Shown piece after piece: positions 1-9,260 of a stretch of 64,000 nucleotides of DNA. The notes beneath the pieces are model-generated. The model had not been told where the DNA came from and did not search any database. It worked only from the letters and a program-made list of their open reading frames with translations. The position numbers were made by a program, and so were the translations under genes. Origin of the DNA: Planctomycetota bacterium (lineage in GTDB: Bacteria > Planctomycetota > MHYJ01 > WSZJ01); the NCBI GenBank assembly GCA_038060895.1, contig JBBTCT010000017.1:1-64000 (forward strand), given 5' to 3'. Within the stretch, counting starts at the first letter, position 1. Each line of letters opens with the position of its first letter.

Positions 1-236
1 GCCCCGCGAATTCCCTTCCCACTCTGAGCTTTCGCCCGCCGCGCGACAGACGGACCGATGCCCCTAAGGGACAAGACTCCCAGCGACCACTTTGCTTTGG
101 CATTGCAACCCCTTCTGGCACAACAACTTGAGATTTGTTCAATGGACTCCCCTTTCGCCTTACCACAGACCCTCTTGATTTCCATAAACTTACGAAACGC
201 GCGCCGCTTCTCCCCTGTAGTACTCCCAGGAGACCG

Positions 237-812
237 ATGCAGGACCCAGGCGTCCCCAATTCCGTTATCCGCGCTGCACAGGGCGGAGACCGAAACGCGT
301 TTCGACGCATCGTCGAAGCGTGGACCGGGGCGGTGTTTGGGCTGGCCTGGCGATTCTGCTTCGACCGGACGGACGCGGAGGACCTGTCCCAGGAGATTTT
401 CCTCCGGCTGCACACGAAGCTCGGGCTGTTCGATCCTTCCCTGCCGTTCGCGCCGTGGATGTACCGGATGTCGGCCAACGTCTGCCTGAACTGGAAAAAG
501 CGCCGAAACCCCCGCGCGGCTTCAATCGACGCGATGGGGGCCGAAGGCGAGGCGTACGACGTGGAGGACCCGCGCGACCCCGCGGCGGAACGACGGAGGG
601 CCGAGGAAGCTCGTGAGGCGCTGGGACGGGCGATGAGCGGGTTGCCCGACGAGGCGCGGACGGCGATCGCGCTTCGGTACGAGCAAGGGATGGAAGTCAC
701 CGAGGTGGCGAAGGCGATGGAAGTGCCGGTCGGAACCGTGAAGACGTGGTTGTTCCGCGCGCGGGAACGCCTGCGCGCGATGCTGGCCCCCGAGTGGGAG
801 GTGGAAAAGTGA
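237..812 (+). CDS. ECF-type RNA polymerase sigma factor
   Basis: Region 2 (DAEDLSQEIFLRL, FAPWMYRMSANVC) and region 4 (EVAKAMEVPVGTVKTWLFRARERLR); ATG 237 follows GGAG. Confidence 0.92.
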   Translation: MQDPGVPNSVIRAAQGGDRNAFRRIVEAWTGAVFGLAWRFCFDRTDAEDLSQEIFLRLHTKLGLFDPSLPFAPWMYRMSANVCLNWKKRRNPRAASIDAMGAEGEAYDVEDPRDPAAERRRAEEAREALGRAMSGLPDEARTAIALRYEQGMEVTEVAKAMEVPVGTVKTWLFRARERLRAMLAPEWEVEK

Positions 813-1291
813 GCTGTCGCGACATCCGGCTGAAGTTCAGCGAGGCGCTCGACGCGCCCCGCGACGCGGAGGATCGCCTGCAGATCGAGTCGCACTGCGC
901 GGCCTGCGCGATCTGCGGCCCTGAGTGGCGGACGCTTCTGCGCCTGGAAGAACTCATGATGGCGCCGCCGGCGCCGCCCGCGGGTTTCGCGGACCGCGTG
1001 ATGGCCGCTATTCCCACTCCGGCTCCCGCGCGCCGCGAGATCATGCCGTTCGCTGCGGCCGGCCTCATCGCCGCCGCCGCCCTCGTCGCACTTCAGCTTG
1101 CAACCGTCGCTTCTGCGACGGCGCCGTGGCTCGCGCCCGTTCGTGACTTGACCACAGGCCTCACGGAAATCGTCCGGGCCCGCGTCGCTTCCTCACCTTG
1201 GGAAATTACCGGCTGGGTTCTCGCCGGGGCGGCCACCGTCGGCGCCTTGTCCGGAGCTGTGATGGGTCGTGTGCGCCAGGTGGTGGGTTAA
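809..1291 (+). CDS. Zinc-binding (zf-HC2) transmembrane anti-sigma factor
   Basis: HCAACAIC = HxxxCxxC, two hydrophobic segments; GTG start overlaps the sigma stop (GTGA). Confidence 0.85.
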   Translation: MSCRDIRLKFSEALDAPRDAEDRLQIESHCAACAICGPEWRTLLRLEELMMAPPAPPAGFADRVMAAIPTPAPARREIMPFAAAGLIAAAALVALQLATVASATAPWLAPVRDLTTGLTEIVRARVASSPWEITGWVLAGAATVGALSGAVMGRVRQVVG

Positions 1292-1301
1292 AGGAGACAA
1301 C

Positions 1302-2015
1302 ATGAAGCGCTTCCTGGTGGCGGTGGCGGTTGCAATGAGCTCGGTCGCGGCGTGGGCCGAAGACGAGGCCGGGCGCCGCGCCGCTGAACCGGTTGGGGAG
1401 AACGCCGCGAGTGAATCGGCGGAGCCCGCTCCCGCCGATCCGGCTCCCCCCGCCTACGACGCGAATGCCCCGATCACCAACGCCGACTGGCGCAACCTGA
1501 TGAACTCGGCCCGCCAGGTCCGCGAAGCCTCGATGACGATCATGGTTCTTGCGGTGACGCTCTTCTCGATACTCGTCCTCGGCGGCCTCGTGCTGTTCAC
1601 CGCCGGCCTCGCCCCGAATGCCGTGGCCCGGTCCTCGGTCGCGACGCGCGACCATCCGGTGCGTTGCTTCGCCATCGGGGCCGTCGTCCTGGTCCTCGGC
1701 GGCCTCGCGACGGCGCTGACCAAAGGACTCCTCGGCATCGTCGTCGCCCCCGTCCTGACGGCGGCCCTTCTCATCGGTCTCGCCGGCGTCAGCGAACATC
1801 TCGGACGCAACCTGTGGCACCTAGCCGGCAAGGAAGGCAACCGCGTCGGACACATCGCCGCGGGCTGGGGTTCGTTCGCCCTCGTGGCCGTCGTGCCGCT
1901 CGTCGGCTGGTTCGGATTCCTGCCTTACTACGCCTCCGTCGGCGTCGGTTCTTTCTTCTCCGGGCTGATCTGGGGCGGCGAAAAGCGCGCGGAAGAGCCG
2001 TTTGGTCGAGCGTAG
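1302..2015 (+). CDS. Membrane protein with signal peptide, third gene of the ECF operon
   Basis: AAGGAG RBS, signal peptide MKRFLVAVAVAMSSVAAWA, several C-terminal TM helices. Confidence 0.75.
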   Translation: MKRFLVAVAVAMSSVAAWAEDEAGRRAAEPVGENAASESAEPAPADPAPPAYDANAPITNADWRNLMNSARQVREASMTIMVLAVTLFSILVLGGLVLFTAGLAPNAVARSSVATRDHPVRCFAIGAVVLVLGGLATALTKGLLGIVVAPVLTAALLIGLAGVSEHLGRNLWHLAGKEGNRVGHIAAGWGSFALVAVVPLVGWFGFLPYYASVGVGSFFSGLIWGGEKRAEEPFGRA

Positions 2016-2022
2016 GGCCCGC

Positions 2023-3312
2023 TTACTTGATCTCGGGCGTCGAGCTGCCGAAATTGTCCTTGTGCTTCGCTGTTCCCGCCTTGAGGCCGCCGTCAATCTC
2101 GAGCTTTGGCAGCCAGACGTTTCCGCCGACCTCGATCTTTCCACCGTCCTGCGGCAAGCCCAGCATCTTGCGCATCGAGTTCGCCCAGTTGTCGAGCGGC
2201 TCCACGGCCGCCTCCGCTGCCGCGCGGTCCACGAGGACGCGCGAGGCGTAAGCCTTCGTCCAGGCTTCGGGAAGAGAGAGCGCGATCTCCTCCTTCACGT
2301 TTCCCGTGCAGTCCGTCAGGCACTGCGCTTCCTCCTCCATCAGCGCGAACTTGTGCTTCGTCGAGAATTCCAGATAGGGCGCCGTGAGGTAAGCGCAGAA
2401 GAGGTTTCCCGTGAGCGCGACCGGGCATTTCCCCGGATTCGCCACAGCGATGGTGTCGGAGAAACCGAAGACGTTCCCCTTTGCGATCACCTTCACCCCG
2501 GATTCGATCTGGACCGCCATGCCCCCCTCCGTGGACAGCGCGTCGAACTTCCACGTGAAGAGGATCGTGTTGTTCTCGATCGTGTGCTCCGTGGCCTCTT
2601 CCTTGCTCCCCTGGTGCCACGTCGTGCAGCAGACTCCGCTTCCTGTGTTGTTGATCACGAGGTTGTTGCGCGCCGTGACCTTTGAGTTCTTTCCCCCGGT
2701 AAGACGGAGAGCACCGGTCTTGTGAGTCGGGGCGCAGTTCATCACGACGCAGTTCTGGACGGTCGCGGTTCCGTTGGAGGATGCCTCGACCGTGATTCCC
2801 GGAGAGTCCGGCGCGGCGTTCGATTTCGACTTGGGAGCGAACATGCGCCGGATCTCGAGCTGGTCCTCCCGCGTGTATCCGTTGCGGGCGCCGTTATCCA
2901 CGATGATCCCGTCCACCAGGATCTCCGTGCCGTCGGCCTTGTGCTTCCGGCTGCCGACCGACAGCCGTGAGTTCCGGTCGAAATTGTCGCTCGTGTTGTT
3001 CCCGGCGAGCACCGTCTTGTGCACACCCCACGGGTCGCGCTTCGAGAAGTCATCGCTGTACCCGCCGATGATCCGGACGGGGACCTCGATCACATCGCTC
3101 CCGTTCTCCGAGCGCCCGAGGTACACGCCCTCGGCCAGGTGCACGGTGTCGCCGGCCTTCAGGACCGGAATCAGGATCCCCAGGTCCCTCGCGGGTGCGT
3201 CTTTCGATCCCGTCTTCCCTTTTCCGCGCGCTGCGGAGACGTAGTACTCCTCGGCGGAAGCGGAAGCGGCGGCAAGGGCGACGACGAAGGCGGCGGCGAG
3301 GGTGCAACGCAT
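2023..3312 (-). CDS. Secreted right-handed beta-helix (pectin lyase-fold) protein
   Basis: Signal peptide, YYVSAARG...GDTVHLAEGVY start, repeated xxNNxxxxN turns. Confidence 0.75.
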   Translation of the reverse strand: MRCTLAAAFVVALAAASASAEEYYVSAARGKGKTGSKDAPARDLGILIPVLKAGDTVHLAEGVYLGRSENGSDVIEVPVRIIGGYSDDFSKRDPWGVHKTVLAGNNTSDNFDRNSRLSVGSRKHKADGTEILVDGIIVDNGARNGYTREDQLEIRRMFAPKSKSNAAPDSPGITVEASSNGTATVQNCVVMNCAPTHKTGALRLTGGKNSKVTARNNLVINNTGSGVCCTTWHQGSKEEATEHTIENNTILFTWKFDALSTEGGMAVQIESGVKVIAKGNVFGFSDTIAVANPGKCPVALTGNLFCAYLTAPYLEFSTKHKFALMEEEAQCLTDCTGNVKEEIALSLPEAWTKAYASRVLVDRAAAEAAVEPLDNWANSMRKMLGLPQDGGKIEVGGNVWLPKLEIDGGLKAGTAKHKDNFGSSTPEIK

Positions 3313-3389
3313 CGGGGATTCCTTTGTGATTCGGCGTGTTCGAAAAGACTCTCAGGAAGCGGTCGCACCGGCAACCCATTCCTGCGGCT

Positions 3390-4190
3390 TCACAGTCGCC
3401 CGTCCCGGCCGGCCGCAAAGAGGATCTGCTGGGCCAGGGCCGTGTGAGGGCCGAAACGGTTTCGCAGTCGCGTCGCCAGGGCGCGGTCGGTCGATTTCCG
3501 GCCACCGAAGTAGAGGCGCCGGCCGATGCGGCGGATCCAGACATCGACCGGGCAGGCTTCGCCGAACCCGAGTGAGAATGCCATGACGCACTCGGCGACT
3601 TTCACGCCGACCCCGGGGAGCTCGACGAGTGCGGCACGGGCATCGTCGAAACCCTTCAGCGCAAGTCCGCCGAGCCACTCCTCGTTCACCGTCGCGAAGA
3701 GCGTCTCGATGTACTTCTCCCTCCATCCGAGACGGATCGGCTTGAGCGCACCTCGCGGCAGTTTCCGGGGCCCGGGAAACGCGCCTGCCTCCCCGAACGC
3801 GGCCGCGATCCCCTCGACGTTCGCCTGGATCCGCTTCACGTTCGACATCGCCGAGCAGACGAACGAAACGAGGCACTGCCACGGATCCTGCTGCATGACG
3901 CGCATGCCGCCGTAGTCGGCGAGGAGACGCGCGAGGCGAGGATCGGCGGCGAAAGCCGCAAGCGCCGCGCCGTGGTCCCGGTCGATGCCGAAGAGCCGGC
4001 GGACGTGAGCTTCATCGGTTCCCTCGAATTCCAGGGTCCGCCCTTCCTGCCGGCATCGGAAGCTCCTCGCGCCGTCCGCAACGAGGAATCCGCCTTCCGC
4101 GTGCCGGCAGCGGAAGAATTGTCCGCTGCGAAGCGTCAGTGCGAGGTCGAAGGACGCGTCCGGCCGGAGGATCAAACGTCCCTGGCGCAT
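3390..4190 (-). CDS. 8-oxoguanine DNA glycosylase (OGG1-like, HhH-GPD)
   Basis: FDLALTLRSGQFFR, QDPWQCLVSFVCS, HhH LPGVGVKVAEC with catalytic Lys, PVDVW. Confidence 0.88.
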   Translation of the reverse strand: MRQGRLILRPDASFDLALTLRSGQFFRCRHAEGGFLVADGARSFRCRQEGRTLEFEGTDEAHVRRLFGIDRDHGAALAAFAADPRLARLLADYGGMRVMQQDPWQCLVSFVCSAMSNVKRIQANVEGIAAAFGEAGAFPGPRKLPRGALKPIRLGWREKYIETLFATVNEEWLGGLALKGFDDARAALVELPGVGVKVAECVMAFSLGFGEACPVDVWIRRIGRRLYFGGRKSTDRALATRLRNRFGPHTALAQQILFAAGRDGRL

Positions 4191-4933
4191 CGGAAGCCGA
4201 AGTTATCCGAGGCTCGCGAGGGGTCCATGGCGTACTTGATGGCGCCGCGGCAATAGAACACGGGCGACTTCCATGACCCGCCGCGAAGGACGCGAAGCGG
4301 CTCGGGGTGTGATTCCTCCGTCGACTCGACCTTGTCGAGGCACCACTGCCAGATGTTCCCGACGGTGTCATAGACGCCGTAGTAGCTCTTGCCCGCCTTG
4401 AACTGGTCCACGGGTGTCGTGTCACCATAGCCGCTCTCGCCGCTGTTCGACTTCTCGGGGTCCCAGACATTTCCCCAGGGCCAGACGTTGCCCGCCGGGC
4501 CGCGCGCCGCTTTCTCCCATTCCATCGCCGTCGGAAGGCGCTTGTTCTTCCACTTTGCGAACGCGGCCGCGTCGTCCCAGGAGACGTGGACGACCGGGTG
4601 CATGGCCTTTTCGCGGGGGAATACGAGGCGGCCGTCCTCGTCGATCCAGTGGGCTGGGAACTCGTGGTTCGTTTCCTGGCAGAAGGTGCGGTAGTCCTGG
4701 TTCGTGACGGGATACTTGTCGAGCCAGTAGCCGGAGAGGTGTTCGCCGCGCGACTGCTCGAGTTCCGAAGAGAACCAGTCGTCTTCCCAGTCGTGCCAGG
4801 CGCGGGTGAGGAGCTTGACCTGTTCCTTCGAAGTGCCCATGAGGAAGCCGCCCGGGGGAATGTAGACCATCCCTTCGGGGGCCATCAGGCGGATCGTGGA
4901 CGGTCCGGACATCTGGTGAGGTTGAACCTGCAA
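4172..4933 (-). CDS. Formylglycine-generating enzyme (SUMF1/FGE-sulfatase) family protein
   Basis: IPPGGFLMG, PVTN, HPVVHVSWDDA, RLPTAMEWEKAARG, GNIWQW, RGGSW, GFRCA. Confidence 0.9.
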   Translation of the reverse strand: MQVQPHQMSGPSTIRLMAPEGMVYIPPGGFLMGTSKEQVKLLTRAWHDWEDDWFSSELEQSRGEHLSGYWLDKYPVTNQDYRTFCQETNHEFPAHWIDEDGRLVFPREKAMHPVVHVSWDDAAAFAKWKNKRLPTAMEWEKAARGPAGNVWPWGNVWDPEKSNSGESGYGDTTPVDQFKAGKSYYGVYDTVGNIWQWCLDKVESTEESHPEPLRVLRGGSWKSPVFYCRGAIKYAMDPSRASDNFGFRCARDV

Positions 4934-4960
4934 GGGAGGAACGGAAACGGCCGAATGATG

Positions 4961-5057
4961 AATATCGAATATCTAACATCCAATATCGAATGTGAAACGA
5001 CCGCCACCCCGCGCGATGCCTCTCACATTAGATATTTGATATTAGATATTTGATATT
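4961..5057. repeat. AT-rich palindrome of tandem heptamers (AATATCN)
   Basis: 35-nt arms 4961-4995 and 5023-5057 are reverse complements with 4 mismatches. Confidence 0.85.
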
Positions 5058-5071
5058 AATAATTAGCCCTT

Positions 5072-5809
5072 CTATCCCACCGCCCTCGCCACCACCACCG
5101 ACACATTGTCCGCTCCTCCCCTCCCGTTCGCCTCGGTTATCAGCGCCGCCGCTCCCTTCGACAGATCTTCGCCCATCTCTCCCAGCAACCTGTTGAGGTC
5201 CTCATCCGTCGCTTCTTCCGTCATCCCGTCGCTGCAGACCAGGAACAGGTCCCCGCGCAGGACCTTTTCCACCAGGAACTCCGGCTCGATCCGCGCCTGA
5301 ATCCCCAGCGCCCTCGTCACGAACTTCTTCGCGCGCTTCATCTCTCCGTCCGGCACGGCGTCCGGCGATTCGGCCGCCCACGAGTGATCCACCGAAAGCT
5401 GCGCGATCTTTCCTTCCCGCCGCCGGTAAACGCGCGAGTCGCCGAGGTTCCCGACGACGACGTGCTCGGCGCACTCGACGAAAAACGCGATGGTCGAGCC
5501 CATCTTGTGCCGCCGCTCGCGCGACTTCGCGGCCAGGTACAACTCCGCATTCACGCTCGACAGCCACTCGCGGCACGACACCGTCAGCCTCCCCAGCTGC
5601 TCCATCGGGCGGCCCTTCGAACCGCGCCTCTCTCCGTGCGAGCGGATGAAGTGCCCCGCCATCGCCTGCACCACCATCTGGCTCGCTACCTCGCCCGCCT
5701 CCAACCCGCCCATCCCGTCCGCCACGATCCCAAATCCCTCTTCCTCGCTGAAATAAAGCGAGTCTTCGTTGTTCTTTCGCTTCTTCCCCACGTCGGTGCG
5801 GCCGGCCAT
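5072..5809 (-). CDS. PP2C-family Ser/Thr protein phosphatase
   Basis: TDVGKKRKNNEDS, VADGMGG, GDSRVY, CSDG, DNVSVVV. Confidence 0.93.
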   Translation of the reverse strand: MAGRTDVGKKRKNNEDSLYFSEEEGFGIVADGMGGLEAGEVASQMVVQAMAGHFIRSHGERRGSKGRPMEQLGRLTVSCREWLSSVNAELYLAAKSRERRHKMGSTIAFFVECAEHVVVGNLGDSRVYRRREGKIAQLSVDHSWAAESPDAVPDGEMKRAKKFVTRALGIQARIEPEFLVEKVLRGDLFLVCSDGMTEEATDEDLNRLLGEMGEDLSKGAAALITEANGRGGADNVSVVVARAVG

Positions 5810-7884
5810 CAGGAAGCGGATGATTCGCCTCCTGAAAACACGTCATCGCGCTCTTCCTCGTCCACGCCGCGGGCCCGGGCAAACGCCCAGATCGCGGCGG
5901 GAAACAGGATGGCTGCGGCGATGATGAGCCCGGTCGCCGGCAGATCCGCGTCGGCAGACGCCAGCCAGGAAGGCAGTCGGTCCTTGAAGATCTCGACCGA
6001 GATGAGCAGCGCGTTCCAGCAGGTGTGAGTGAGGATGGTCACGAGCAGCGATCCGGAACGAAGGGCCATCCAGGACAGGAGGACGCCGAAGGTCCCGACG
6101 GAAATCACGGCGACCGGCACCTGATGGGCCACGCCGAACAGGGCGCCGCAGGCCAGGACGCCCGCCCAGCGCCCGAGGTCGCGGCGAAGGCCGGAGAGCA
6201 CAACTCCCCGGAAAAGGAACTCTTCGCAGAGCGCAGGCAGCAGGGCCATGTAAACGAGGATCACCGGGAAACTCCCCAGGGCGCGCATCGTCTCGGCGAG
6301 CGCCTTGCCGTGCTCGAGCCCCGAAGTTCTGAAAAACGGAAACTTCATGAGCAGCGCATTGAGGCACGAAACGAGCACGAGCCCGCTGAACGCGATGACC
6401 GGGGCGAGCGCGAGGTGCACGGGATTCGCGGCGCGCAGGCGGAACGTGGAGCGGAAATTCAACGAGGCCAGGAGCGCGATGGCAGCGGCGGGAAGGGCGA
6501 TCAGGAGAATCTGGTGCGCCAGCATGAGCTTCTCCGTCGCCATCCCCTGGAGCGCCGGGCCCACGGCGAGCTGAAGCGCCATCATGGCAATGACTGCGAC
6601 GAGCGCCGTCCCGAGGCCCGGACGCGCGCTCCCCCACGTCTTCAGCCAGCGCTTCCAGTCGAATTCCGCGCCGCCGCGGAGCAGGACGTCCTCGCGCTGG
6701 AAAATGGACCAGGTCCAGCGAAGCGCCACGAGTGCATACACGGAACTCGAGGCGAAGGTTGCGAAGACATGCCCCCATTTCCAGTCACCCGACAGCAGGG
6801 TCACCGTCAGCATCGCGCAGTTCTGGATCGGTATGAGCGCAAGCACGTAGTTGAACTCGATCCCTGGAACGAGCGCGCTGAACGAAGTCACGTTCGCGAC
6901 GATCATCACGGGCGTCAGGTAGACCATCGCTTCCTTGTAGGACCGCGCGAACGCCGAGAGGCCGAGGCAGAGGGCGCTGAAGAGCATGTTGAGCGGGATG
7001 AGGGGGAGAAGGACGAGGAGGGCGCTGGAGGGACGGATCGAGAAGGTCAGGCCCGAGCCCTTGGCGGCGCCGAGCATGCTTTTGAAGAAGTACGAGAAGG
7101 TGACGCCCATCGAAGTGAGGTGCAGAACCGCGGTAAACATGGCGATAGTCGCGACGGCGAGATACTTGCCGAAGACGATTTCGCTTCGAAGCGCCGGGGA
7201 GACGAGCAGCGTCTCCATCGTGCCGCGTTCCTTTTCGCCGCTGGCCATGTCGATTGCGGGATAGAACGCGCTCACGGCGGACATCAGCACGAGCATCATC
7301 GCGAGCAGCCGCCCGAGGTGAAATCCCGACGAGCGTTCCGGCGGTGCGACATCCGTCTCGGTCGCAACCACGGGCAACTCGAACCCGTCCGGCTTTCCCT
7401 GCAGCCGGACCTTCAGGACCTGCGAGCTGTAGTCCTCGACGGCCTCGCGGGCCCGGTGAAGCGCGAAGTTGGACTCGTCCTTGGCCTTGTTGAAGCGAAG
7501 CTCGACCTTCGCGGACTTCTCGGCCTGCAGCGTTTCGAGAAAGTCCGGCGGGACCACGAGGACGATGTGGGCGCCGCCTTCAAGCAGCGGAGTATCCGAA
7601 GACGTGGCCCCGGCCCCCGGCACGGCTTCCTTGATCTCCCAGGAATCGTCGGTTTTCAGGAGTTCGACCAGCCCGGGCGCGTTCGGCGCACCGACGACGA
7701 CGAGCGAGTACTTGCGCGTCATCAGCCGTTCCGTCTGCGAGGCCAGGACCTGGCTGAACATGATGAGAAGAAGCGGGTAGATCAGGATCGGGACCACGAC
7801 CATCCCGAAAATCGTGCGCCGGTCGCGCAGCAGGTCGATCATTTCCTTGCGGAAGATGGTGAGGACGTTCGGAAGGTTCATCAT
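5809..7884 (-). CDS. natB: Na+ ABC exporter permease NatB fused to a CPBP (CAAX) intramembrane protease
   Basis: KEMIDLLRDRRT, GEKERGTMETLL, C-terminal EEFLFRG, FGVAH, HTCWN. Confidence 0.85.
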   Translation of the reverse strand: MMNLPNVLTIFRKEMIDLLRDRRTIFGMVVVPILIYPLLLIMFSQVLASQTERLMTRKYSLVVVGAPNAPGLVELLKTDDSWEIKEAVPGAGATSSDTPLLEGGAHIVLVVPPDFLETLQAEKSAKVELRFNKAKDESNFALHRAREAVEDYSSQVLKVRLQGKPDGFELPVVATETDVAPPERSSGFHLGRLLAMMLVLMSAVSAFYPAIDMASGEKERGTMETLLVSPALRSEIVFGKYLAVATIAMFTAVLHLTSMGVTFSYFFKSMLGAAKGSGLTFSIRPSSALLVLLPLIPLNMLFSALCLGLSAFARSYKEAMVYLTPVMIVANVTSFSALVPGIEFNYVLALIPIQNCAMLTVTLLSGDWKWGHVFATFASSSVYALVALRWTWSIFQREDVLLRGGAEFDWKRWLKTWGSARPGLGTALVAVIAMMALQLAVGPALQGMATEKLMLAHQILLIALPAAAIALLASLNFRSTFRLRAANPVHLALAPVIAFSGLVLVSCLNALLMKFPFFRTSGLEHGKALAETMRALGSFPVILVYMALLPALCEEFLFRGVVLSGLRRDLGRWAGVLACGALFGVAHQVPVAVISVGTFGVLLSWMALRSGSLLVTILTHTCWNALLISVEIFKDRLPSWLASADADLPATGLIIAAAILFPAAIWAFARARGVDEEERDDVFSGGESSAS

Positions 7885-8642
7885 GCCGGCTCGGCCTTCC
7901 CGGCGCCCGGCCGCGCGTCAAAGAGCCGGAAGAATGCGTCCTCGAGATCGGGAGAGCCGGTCTGCGCCCTCAGCTCCGCCACCGTTCCTTCCGCAAGCTT
8001 CTTCCCGTCCGCGATAATCGCCACGCGGTCGCACAGCTTCTCCGCCTCCGCCATCACGTGCGTGGAGTAGATGACGCACTTCCCCGCTTCCTTCGCGCGC
8101 TTGACGTAATCGACCAGCACGCGCGAGATCAGGATGTCCAGCCCGCTCGTCGGCTCATCAAGGATGATGACTTTCGGGTCGTGCACGAGCGCGCGGGCGA
8201 TAGAAACCTTCTTCTTCATCCCGGTGGACAGCTTCCCGCACGTCGTGTCGGCGTAGCTCTCCATTTCGAATTCGCGGACGAGCGAGTCCTTTCGCTCCCT
8301 GAGGAGCGCGGGGGACAGCCCGTAGAGCCGCCCGAAGTACTCGATCATTTCGCGCGGAGTCAGGCGCTCATACACGCCCGTGTCGCCGGAGAGAAACCCG
8401 ATTGACTTCCGCACGAGGTGCGGTTCGCGCACCACGTCGTGCCCCATCACCGTGACGCGCCCGCTCGTCGGCTTGAAGATCGTCGACAGGATCCTCAGCG
8501 TCGTCGTCTTCCCCGCCCCGTTCGGCCCCAGCAACCCGAAAACCGTCCCCGCGGGCGCCTCAAAAGAAAGCCCGTCCACCGCCGCGACCTCGCCCCTTTT
8601 GCGGTCGTGAAACACCTTTCGCAGCTCGTGGACCTGAATCAA
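7881..8642 (-). CDS. natA: ABC transporter ATP-binding subunit (NatA-like)
   Basis: [14 protein letters not shown] signature, ILDEPT, STH; coupled to natB. Confidence 0.88.
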   Translation of the reverse strand: MIQVHELRKVFHDRKRGEVAAVDGLSFEAPAGTVFGLLGPNGAGKTTTLRILSTIFKPTSGRVTVMGHDVVREPHLVRKSIGFLSGDTGVYERLTPREMIEYFGRLYGLSPALLRERKDSLVREFEMESYADTTCGKLSTGMKKKVSIARALVHDPKVIILDEPTSGLDILISRVLVDYVKRAKEAGKCVIYSTHVMAEAEKLCDRVAIIADGKKLAEGTVAELRAQTGSPDLEDAFFRLFDARPGAGKAEPA

Positions 8643-8683
8643 GGCGCGCCTTTGTACCAGCGGGCGAAGTGAGCGTGAGAGAA

Positions 8684-8826
8684 ATTCCTGTGGTTCCGCC
8701 AGCGTCGGCCCGGAGATGATTGTTTGAGGGGATTCTCCGTGATGGGCCGGCTCCGCCCGTCCAGCCGTATTTTCTTCACGCTGAGCGGATTACATCATCG
8801 TTGCCGGACGGCGCGACCCGTGGAAT
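8684..8826. ncRNA. Candidate structured ncRNA or leader (rod with central bubble)
   Basis: ATTCC/GGAAT, GGTT/GACC, CGCC/GGCG, GATGAT/ATCATC closing stems; inner GATGGGC/GCCCGTC stem; identity unproven. Confidence 0.3.
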
Positions 8827-8880
8827 CCAGTGTGTCTAACCAGTAGACTGCGGAAGGTTCGATTGCCGGAGGGTCCCGAC

Positions 8881-9234
8881 ATGTCGTTGACCGACTCGCT
8901 CTGGCTCGACGCGATTCACGCCAAAGCGCGCGTCACGCTCCTCCCCGCCGAGAAAAGCGGCCGCAGGGAACCGATCTCCTCCGGACTCCGCATCCACGCT
9001 TCTTTCGGCCGGAAGGACCAGCACCTCTGCCAGATCCGCATCGAAGGCGCCGACTCCGCCGCGCCGGGGACCGAGTGCGAGCTGACCCTCGCTTTCGCGG
9101 CGCCCAAGGGCCTCGGCAATCGCCTGGCGGTCGGCACTGACTTCGTGCTCCTGTTCGACCAGCGCCCGATCGGGAACGGGAAGATCACGGAAGATCTGCG
9201 GAAGATTTCATTCCTGAAGCGGCTCGGGCTGTAG
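8881..9234 (+). CDS. Small protein resembling a stand-alone EF-Tu domain III beta-barrel
   Basis: ARVTLLPAEKSGRREPISSG...PGTECELTLAF...VGTDFVL...IGNGKIT pattern parallels the EF-Tu C-terminus. Confidence 0.6.
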   Translation: MSLTDSLWLDAIHAKARVTLLPAEKSGRREPISSGLRIHASFGRKDQHLCQIRIEGADSAAPGTECELTLAFAAPKGLGNRLAVGTDFVLLFDQRPIGNGKITEDLRKISFLKRLGL

Positions 9235-9260
9235 TCTCGAAGTCAAGGCTCCCGGCCGGC

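Noticed and set aside
4172-4933. Active formylglycine-generating enzyme or DGR target
   Set aside because: Lacks the paired CxxxxC catalytic motif (RGGSWKSPVFYC), and no template repeat was seen
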